Sequence record: PZ019082.1
From: a phage
DNA length: 40,613 bases
Reading direction: 5' to 3' (one strand)
The notes beneath the pieces were generated by a model. It was not told the origin of the DNA. It made no database searches and saw only the letters and a program-made list of their open reading frames with translations. The position numbers and the translations under genes are program-made. Positions 35,482-40,613 of the stretch are shown piece by piece. Numbering within the stretch: position 1 is the first letter of the stretch; every line of letters begins with the position of its first letter.

Positions 35482-35992
35482 CAAAAACGAAGTATTCGAG
35501 TGCCTGATTGACCAACTACGGCAGCAGGTAAATAACAACCAGTGTGAAGACCTGGCGCATGAGGTGCTGTCACTTAAGAATCAGTTACGTGATGCTTCGG
35601 CGCTGGTGGCCGAGTTACAGCGAGAGCCGCAACATCAGATTGACCTGGCGTCGGGTGTGTATAGATGGTCTACCGCACATTTCGACGAGAAAGGTAAAGT
35701 CACCAAGGTCGAGAGTGGGGTTAAGACAGAGCAATCCGGTTGCCGTAAAGAAGACGTGCAGGAATGTGAGCACGATTGGGTTGAGTTTCACGGTTTGTTT
35801 ATTGCAGAGGGGGACCTGCGAAATGAACCTGGGTATACCTTCTGCCGTAAATGCGGGCTGAAAGAATACTCCCGTAAATGTGAACATGAATGGTCCATGG
35901 TAACTGGCGACGGCCCAAGTTTCTATGAGTGCGATGTGTGCGGAGCCCGTAGTAAAGATTTACCGTACGACTTACGGTGGTTGGCACTATGA
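35471..35992 (+). CDS. cysteine-rich protein with two zinc-ribbon-like CEH[DE]W ... C..CG modules
   Basis: ECEHDWVEF...FCRKCG and KCEHEWSMV...CDVCG; track ORF starts at TTG 35468. Confidence 0.5.
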   Translation: MMSNKNEVFECLIDQLRQQVNNNQCEDLAHEVLSLKNQLRDASALVAELQREPQHQIDLASGVYRWSTAHFDEKGKVTKVESGVKTEQSGCRKEDVQECEHDWVEFHGLFIAEGDLRNEPGYTFCRKCGLKEYSRKCEHEWSMVTGDGPSFYECDVCGARSKDLPYDLRWLAL

Positions 35993-36192
35993 CCAGCATC
36001 TTATTTATCTGGGTATTGTCCGCAGGCCAGATGCAACTCGCAGCATCAGAAACGTTTTATTCGATGGGGGCGTGCCAGTCAGCGGCACGCGCCGCGGAGA
36101 ACGCGCACTTCATGTTTCAGGGCGACAAACCAAACGATTCAGAGGTACGCGCTATCTGCTCACCTAAGCGACTTGGTAAACAGGAGAAGTGA
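35989..36192 (+). CDS. small protein with N-terminal signal-peptide-like segment (67 aa)
   Basis: ATGA coupling; hydrophobic N-terminus MTSILFIWVLSAGQMQLAA; three cysteines. Confidence 0.4.
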   Translation: MTSILFIWVLSAGQMQLAASETFYSMGACQSAARAAENAHFMFQGDKPNDSEVRAICSPKRLGKQEK

Positions 36193-36194
36193 TT

Positions 36195-36377
36195 ATGGTT
36201 GCTCGTAAAGGCTTTTATGAAGATGGTCATTTCGATAGCAAAGTAAACGGTGAATACGTCACATACGAAGACTACGCGAAACTTGAAGCCGAGTTACAGA
36301 AATACAAAGACCAGTTCCCGGATTACGTCGAGTGCGCGAACTGTGGGTCAGTTACACATGTGGAGGGGGTGGAGTGA
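36195..36377 (+). CDS. hypothetical early protein (60 aa)
   Basis: ATG with RBS GGAG 8 nt upstream; C-terminal CANCGS motif. Confidence 0.45.
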   Translation: MVARKGFYEDGHFDSKVNGEYVTYEDYAKLEAELQKYKDQFPDYVECANCGSVTHVEGVE

Positions 36378-36670
36378 TGTCTCTGGCTACTGATATCCTG
36401 AAACGTAGCGGCCTCGCGCCGCTGTCACCGAGAGCGAACACCCGGATATACAAGCGCCGCCGTAATGCGCTGTACCCTGAGATTCAGGCCAGGCGCAAAG
36501 CGGTACGCGCCTGTGGATTCCAGAACGGGAAGGCCGTGAATCTTGGTGAGTTTAAAACCCAGGAACGCGCAGCAATCGCTAATCGGTTATTTAATTACTG
36601 GAAGTCGCTGGGGTACGATGATATTCCAACGAAACCACAGAGACGACAATACATCTGGCGTCATAAATAA
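36377..36670 (+). CDS. basic hypothetical protein (97 aa)
   Basis: TGATG coupling; Arg/Lys-rich; track ORF starts upstream at 36332. Confidence 0.4.
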   Translation: MSLATDILKRSGLAPLSPRANTRIYKRRRNALYPEIQARRKAVRACGFQNGKAVNLGEFKTQERAAIANRLFNYWKSLGYDDIPTKPQRRQYIWRHK

Positions 36671-36745
36671 ACCGTTATTAAGATAATTCCTAACCGTGCT
36701 ATCCTCCAGTTACTGCATACTTAATACGCACCTGGAGGATTCATC

Positions 36746-37054
36746 TTGGATAAATTTACTGAAACAGTGACGGGGTGGCTTCTCGCTGCCGCACTGGTCG
36801 GTGGATTGGTCGGACTAAGACAACATAAAAAGTCTATATCCGGGCCGATTGACGGACTGGTATTTCTTCTAACCGGCTTTGCGTGTGCCATTTTCGGTGC
36901 ACCTCTTGCCGCTCAATGGTTCGGTATTACCGGTGAGCGTGAGATAGCTGGCCTCGGATTCATCATTGCCATTCTCTGGATGCCTATCTATTCCCGCCTT
37001 TCTGGCATCGTATCGGGTGGAGATATTTCCCGTCCGGGAGGACCTCATGACTGA
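36746..37054 (+). CDS. putative holin (three predicted transmembrane segments)
   Basis: TTG start 6 nt after RBS GGAGGA; three hydrophobic segments; immediately upstream of endolysin cluster. Confidence 0.5.
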   Translation: MDKFTETVTGWLLAAALVGGLVGLRQHKKSISGPIDGLVFLLTGFACAIFGAPLAAQWFGITGEREIAGLGFIIAILWMPIYSRLSGIVSGGDISRPGGPHD

Positions 37055-37319
37055 GCTATTCTGGTTTGTCGTAATGCTTTCAATGGGCGCTTCGTCCCTG
37101 TTCAACGTGTATAATGAGCGTGTGGACGACGGGCTGTTCGGGCGTGTTCTCTATATCCTGACCGCTATTGTCTGCGCCGCCGGGTGTATCCACCTGTTAC
37201 AGGGCGGCATGTCGCCTACGTTGCCCGAGACATTAATCACATTAGTTGCGCTGCGTCAGATTCGTCAGGCGTGGCTGTCGTACGGAGGACATAAGCGTGT
37301 CTCGAAACATTTCAGATAA
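37047..37319 (+). CDS. second small membrane protein (possible antiholin or holin partner)
   Basis: ATG with RBS GGAGGA overlapping holin end; two hydrophobic segments. Confidence 0.4.
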   Translation: MTELFWFVVMLSMGASSLFNVYNERVDDGLFGRVLYILTAIVCAAGCIHLLQGGMSPTLPETLITLVALRQIRQAWLSYGGHKRVSKHFR

Positions 37320-37782
37320 TGGATTGCATTTTACCTCTGCATTTGAGGGATTCCGCGGAACTGCGTATCGTGCTACCCCAAACGAGAAGTACCTTACTAT
37401 TGGGTACGGACATTACGGGCCGGACGTAACCCCGGGTAAGACCATCACACCGGGGCAGGGCTTGCTGTTACTGAATCGCGATATGGCTAAGGCTGTAGCT
37501 GCGGTTGACGCGGCAGCACACCATTCGCTGACACAGGCACAGTTTGATGCAGTGTGCGACCTGGTCTATAACGCGGGTGCTGGTGTGATTGCAGCTACTA
37601 CAGGCACGGGTAAGGCGCTGCGTTCTGGTGATATTGCAACGCTGCGGGCTAAGCTGGCGCTGTTTATCAACCAGAACGGCAAACCGTTACTCGGCCTGCG
37701 TCGCCGTACAGCCGGACGCCTTGCACTGTTCGACGGTAAACCGTGGCAGGAGGCTGAGGCTATTGGGAGGGCTGTTAAATGA
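37297..37782 (+). CDS. endolysin, glycoside hydrolase family 24 (T4-type lysozyme)
   Basis: Motif FEGFRGTAYRATPNEKYLTIGYGHYG; GTG start with RBS GGAGGA (track ORF starts at 37246). Confidence 0.75.
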   Translation: MSRNISDNGLHFTSAFEGFRGTAYRATPNEKYLTIGYGHYGPDVTPGKTITPGQGLLLLNRDMAKAVAAVDAAAHHSLTQAQFDAVCDLVYNAGAGVIAATTGTGKALRSGDIATLRAKLALFINQNGKPLLGLRRRTAGRLALFDGKPWQEAEAIGRAVK

Positions 37783-37816
37783 TGGAAGAGAACTGGGACG
37801 TATAGTACAATTGCAG

Positions 37817-37902
37817 CGCCGCTTGTGCTTGCGAAGGATTGAAGTGATGATGGACGAATACGAAGGCGTTTAGTAAACTTACATCACGCCGCTTGTGCTT
37901 GC
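37817..37902. repeat. 16-bp direct repeat CGCCGCTTGTGCTTGC (37817-37832 and 37887-37902)
   Basis: Exact repeat in noncoding region downstream of endolysin. Confidence 0.6.
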
Positions 37903-37906
37903 ACCA

Positions 37907-37934
37907 CCCCGAAACCCGGACCCCGAAACCCGGA
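37907..37934. repeat. tandem duplication of 14-bp unit CCCCGAAACCCGGA
   Basis: Two exact adjacent copies; second copy forms the 5-prime arm of the terminator hairpin. Confidence 0.65.
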
Positions 37935-37956
37935 CCGCGAATCCGGGTTTTATTTT
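37928..37956 (+). terminator. rho-independent terminator
   Basis: ACCCGGA-CCGCGAA-TCCGGGT hairpin followed by TTTTATTTT. Confidence 0.7.
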
Positions 37957-38085
37957 GCCCGCAGTTTGATAGACTAACGGCAACAGAAGATTAAACAACA
38001 TTGAGGGCACTCCGGGTATCATCACCCTCATGGACCTGTAACAAGGTCTGGCCAAAGTGCGGTAACGCGTGCCGGAGAATCTCTG

Positions 38086-38114
38086 TTGACACCTAAGACT
38101 AATCCGACGATACT
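38086..38114 (+). promoter_or_regulatory. putative promoter TTGACA-N17-GATACT
   Basis: Consensus -35 with moderate -10; about 45 nt upstream of terminator 38156-38186. Confidence 0.3.
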
Positions 38115-38155
38115 TAAATCACCTCCTGTTCCATCCCTCTACTCTCCAGTTTTAT

Positions 38156-38186
38156 CCCGGCCCTGACCCAGCCGGGATTTTTTTTA
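38156..38186 (+). terminator. rho-independent terminator
   Basis: CCCGGC-CCTGACCCA-GCCGGG hairpin followed by ATTTTTTTT. Confidence 0.7.
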
Positions 38187-38207
38187 TTTATTTTCTGCAA
38201 TGACTAG

Positions 38208-38236
38208 TTGACTATTACCTTCGACCCTATTATATT
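38208..38236 (+). promoter_or_regulatory. promoter TTGACT-N17-TATATT
   Basis: Followed by leader AACGAGAACGGAGTAGAGAGA and ATG 38271. Confidence 0.55.
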
Positions 38237-38270
38237 TACTCCATCGACAACGAGAACGGAGTAGAGAGAA

Positions 38271-38411
38271 ATGAGAATTTACAAGGTTGAGCTTCACGGT
38301 AAAGTACTTGGTCATTATAACTTTGGCGAGTACATCTCCGCCGATTGCGCACGTGACATCCTGATTAGCGAAGGTTTTAGTCAATACATCAAAGTCACGG
38401 AGATTAAATAA
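38271..38411 (+). CDS. small hypothetical protein (46 aa)
   Basis: Not in ORF track; RBS GGAGTAGAGAGA; first gene after promoter. Confidence 0.4.
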   Translation: MRIYKVELHGKVLGHYNFGEYISADCARDILISEGFSQYIKVTEIK

Positions 38412-38560
38412 TGAAAATCACAGATACCGAAGCATTCAAAGACGCACAACTGATGGCACGCATCGCCGTTAGTAACCTGAGCAACAGCATTCCGGCTGAC
38501 GCGTTCTGGTTCGCTGCGATGCAGACACTGAAAGCAGCTTATGCAGGAGAGAAGAAATGA
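38411..38560 (+). CDS. small hypothetical protein (49 aa)
   Basis: Not in ORF track; TAATG overlap coupling. Confidence 0.35.
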   Translation: MKITDTEAFKDAQLMARIAVSNLSNSIPADAFWFAAMQTLKAAYAGEKK

Positions 38561-38718
38561 GCGAACAAGGTCAAGTAAGCCAGCCATTACGAGTAGGCCG
38601 TAAAGTAAATCACACCCCGTTCCCAACACGCGAGGAACTGATGAAACGTAACAGTTTCCCTGGGCCAGACAAGAACAAGTATCTCAATCGCATGTGGGGA
38701 GAGCGTAAAAATGACTGA
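38557..38718 (+). CDS. small hypothetical protein (53 aa)
   Basis: Not in ORF track; ATGA overlap coupling. Confidence 0.35.
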   Translation: MSEQGQVSQPLRVGRKVNHTPFPTREELMKRNSFPGPDKNKYLNRMWGERKND

Positions 38719-38896
38719 CCGCGACTACGAAAAGATGATGGTAGAGGCCGTTAACAGCGGCATAGACATTGGCCACGTGATGCACGTCCTGAATACTAAA
38801 ATCGCGGTAGCCGAGCAAATGGTAGAGTCGCTATATGAGACGCGCCGCGAGCTGATTAACCGCTTCAACCTGAACAAAGGTGACACCAATGCCTAA
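38711..38896 (+). CDS. hypothetical protein (61 aa)
   Basis: ORF overlapping upstream stop. Confidence 0.45.
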   Translation: MTDRDYEKMMVEAVNSGIDIGHVMHVLNTKIAVAEQMVESLYETRRELINRFNLNKGDTNA

Positions 38897-39137
38897 AATA
38901 ACAATCGCATCACTCGAGCGCCGTATTCTGGTGCTTGAGTCAGAGAAACAGACGTTAGGCGGGCAACTGTCAATTAACGGTGAGTACCAGTTAGCCGCAT
39001 TTAAGGTTCTTCTCATGTTGTTGAGAGGAGAAGAGGAAAAGATGAACGCCTGCGAGCATGATTACCGCCTGCATTTAGTTGATGGGGTACATCGAGTCAC
39101 ATGCTTAAAATGTGGTAAAGCGTATGGAGTCGCCTGA
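38889..39137 (+). CDS. zinc-ribbon-like protein (82 aa)
   Basis: C-terminal ACEHDYRLHLVDGVHRVTCLKCG, same module as in 35471..35992; RBS AAAGGTGA. Confidence 0.45.
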   Translation: MPKITIASLERRILVLESEKQTLGGQLSINGEYQLAAFKVLLMLLRGEEEKMNACEHDYRLHLVDGVHRVTCLKCGKAYGVA

Positions 39138-39306
39138 GCCGGTAGTTATTGACGGTGTCCTGTGGAAACCTTACTCGGTTAACCACATCGACGCCGACGG
39201 GAAGAAGTTCAGCTTCTACATTTTTGCAATTAGCCGTGAGCACGCCGCCTGTGTGGTTGACGATATACGAGAAACGGCGTGGCTTGGTGATGAGATAGTG
39301 GGGTGA
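39124..39306 (+). CDS. hypothetical protein (60 aa, start uncertain)
   Basis: Track ORF starts at GTG 39112; internal ATG 39124 more plausible; weak RBS. Confidence 0.3.
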   Translation: MESPEPVVIDGVLWKPYSVNHIDADGKKFSFYIFAISREHAACVVDDIRETAWLGDEIVG

Positions 39307-39310
39307 GAGT

Positions 39311-39403
39311 ATGAGTCTTGAGGTTGTTATTGGTCTTGTAGCCACCGGTTATTTTATCGGCGTATTGATTGGCTTTCTGTGGGGTAAAGACAGTGTTCAG
39401 TGA
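39311..39403 (+). CDS. small hydrophobic peptide (30 aa)
   Basis: Not in ORF track; RBS GGGTGAG; hydrophobic core VIGLVATGYFIGVLIGFLW. Confidence 0.3.
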   Translation: MSLEVVIGLVATGYFIGVLIGFLWGKDSVQ

Positions 39404-39563
39404 CATCAACGCAGCAATCGAAGAAGCAATCTGGCGTCGCTACAATGGCGAGCAACAGCGGCACTTTTGCCTCGTGCAACGCGGTAACATGGTTGCCGTG
39501 GTGCAGGACCGCGATAACAAATACCCGAATGCGATGTGGACAACGAGGAATTTCTTAGGATGA
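39369..39563 (+). CDS. hypothetical protein (start uncertain)
   Basis: Track ORF with TTG start overlapping previous small ORF. Confidence 0.35.
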   Translation: MAFCGVKTVFSDINAAIEEAIWRRYNGEQQRHFCLVQRGNMVAVVQDRDNKYPNAMWTTRNFLG

Positions 39564-39757
39564 AACATTTCTTAATTGGTTTCAATTGGGCGGACAATAC
39601 CGGACGTAGTGGTTTCGGGAATAGCGAACGTACACCTACCAACGGCGATAAATTTACATACGACGAACTAAGGAAAATTGAACAGAGCATCGCAAAGTCT
39701 CTCCCCTACAGTGCCGAAGTGATTATTCTTAGCGTATCGGAGATTGCCGCAGAATGA
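39560..39757 (+). CDS. hypothetical protein (65 aa)
   Basis: ATGA coupling; track ORF starts at GTG 39536. Confidence 0.4.
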   Translation: MKHFLIGFNWADNTGRSGFGNSERTPTNGDKFTYDELRKIEQSIAKSLPYSAEVIILSVSEIAAE

Positions 39758-39990
39758 TTACCAGCATTCCTAACCTGATTAAAGAATTCGGCACGATGGC
39801 GGAGACATGCCGACAAACCGGCATCAACGAAATGACGATTGCGAAGTACAGCAAAGACGTGAACTGCGAGCGCCACGTAATTTATAACAACCGTCTCATG
39901 ACGCACGTTAAGACAAGCCCGGTATTATTCACGCGCCGTGGTATCACTAAAACAGAGCAACGCATTGCTAAAGAGGAGAGCGGAGAATGA
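39754..39990 (+). CDS. hypothetical protein (78 aa)
   Basis: ATGA coupling. Confidence 0.45.
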   Translation: MITSIPNLIKEFGTMAETCRQTGINEMTIAKYSKDVNCERHVIYNNRLMTHVKTSPVLFTRRGITKTEQRIAKEESGE

Positions 39991-40169
39991 TTGAGGTTTT
40001 AGAGTTTCTTAGCCGTTTTGGAAATAATGTATTTATTATGGCGTTCGCATGGGCGCTTATATCAAGTTGGTCTGTAGTGAAGCAACTACCAAAGATTCAA
40101 TTATGGATGATTGTTGGTGGGTTATATGTATCTGGTATCGCGGGCATCCTTTTGTGGTTTTTCAAATGA
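39987..40169 (+). CDS. small membrane protein (60 aa, two hydrophobic segments)
   Basis: ATGA coupling; VFIMAFAWALISSW and MIVGGLYVSGIAGILLWFF. Confidence 0.45.
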   Translation: MIEVLEFLSRFGNNVFIMAFAWALISSWSVVKQLPKIQLWMIVGGLYVSGIAGILLWFFK

Positions 40170-40281
40170 GATTATTAATCATCCCTAACGCCTGGACCAT
40201 TCCTGTAGCTAACGACCATTACGGCGGCGATGGTAAAAGAGCGCCACGACACGGCCTGTATAACTGATTGGAGAGTAAGAG

Positions 40282-40503
40282 ATGAAAATTCAGCTAATAT
40301 CAGATGATGATGTTATGAATTGTGTAGGTAAGATGCACCACGGAGAGCCTACTTATTACATCCGTAACGTATTAAAATACACATATCCGAATTTAGACAC
40401 ACCATCAGTTCTCCGTAAGCTTAAGGATATGGAGAAAAGAGGCCTCGTAAAGCGAACTAAAAGTCCGCTCTTCAAAAATAACATAACCTGGACCTCGGTA
40501 TAG
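40282..40503 (+). CDS. hypothetical protein (73 aa)
   Basis: RBS GGAGAG; followed by terminator. Confidence 0.5.
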   Translation: MKIQLISDDDVMNCVGKMHHGEPTYYIRNVLKYTYPNLDTPSVLRKLKDMEKRGLVKRTKSPLFKNNITWTSV

Positions 40504-40512
40504 CCGCTACTT

Positions 40513-40534
40513 GCCCTCTACGGAGGGCTTTTCT
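40513..40534 (+). terminator. rho-independent terminator
   Basis: GCCCTC-TACG-GAGGGC hairpin followed by TTTTCT. Confidence 0.7.
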
Positions 40535-40613
40535 GTACATCCCGCCCAATCCCCTTATATAATCCATTTAGACGCGTAGGGCGCGTCTGGTGCGCTCTGA
40601 TGGTCAGACGCAT

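Noticed and set aside
35544-35999. Alternative-frame and antisense ORFs over the zinc-ribbon gene (35544..35861, 35615..35887 minus, 35799..35999 minus)
   Set aside because: Overlap a gene with recognisable Cys motifs in the main frame; no independent start signals.
37589-37873. 94-aa ORF overlapping the endolysin 3-prime end in another frame
   Set aside because: Mostly inside the endolysin coding frame and extends into repeat/terminator sequence; Arg/Leu-rich translation typical of out-of-frame reading.
37960-38150. Possible tRNA gene in the noncoding region after the endolysin
   Set aside because: No T-loop-like GTTCRANYC or acceptor-stem complementarity recognisable by eye; would need a tRNA scanner to exclude fully.
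40049-40267. 72-aa ORF overlapping the small membrane protein gene and the following intergenic region
   Set aside because: Alternative frame of a gene with good coupling signals; no RBS; runs through a region better explained as untranslated leader.
1-40613. CRISPR array, integrase/attachment site, or other lysogeny module
   Set aside because: No regularly spaced direct repeats with unique spacers were seen, and no ORF showed tyrosine or serine recombinase motifs; the XRE and AlpA-like proteins are small regulators, not sufficient to call a lysogeny module.

Overview
This 40.6 kb window reads as a nearly complete genome of a tailed dsDNA phage with a lambda-like siphovirus tail module (inference from gene order and motifs; no database search was possible). 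Plus-strand structural block (1-22826): small and large terminase, portal, head morphogenesis, Ig-like protein, an Rz/Rz1 spanin pair, scaffold, major capsid, head-tail joining genes, major tail protein, chaperones, tape measure, minor tail proteins, gpJ-like tip protein and tailspike. Minus-strand replication block (22864-33905): HNH endonuclease, SNF2-like helicase, VRR-NUC, family A DNA polymerase, DUF2815-like and DUF2800-like proteins, an acidic early protein, primase/helicase-like protein and an AlpA-like regulator. Plus-strand early block (34364-40503): many small ORFs plus holin, second membrane protein and GH24 endolysin. No integrase, CRISPR array, tRNA or rRNA was recognised. The most interesting signal is a minus-strand cassette inside the tail module (11129-12818: membrane protein, HTH-metallophosphoesterase, small protein) driven by a near-identical copy of the early promoter at 34301-34340. 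Other leads are two families of conserved promoter-like elements with a shared leader, an acidic first early protein, a spanin pair displaced from the lysis cassette and flanked by repeats, a GACACT half-site array, and repeat-rich noncoding regions that may encode small RNAs. All functional calls rest on motifs read by eye and on gene order.
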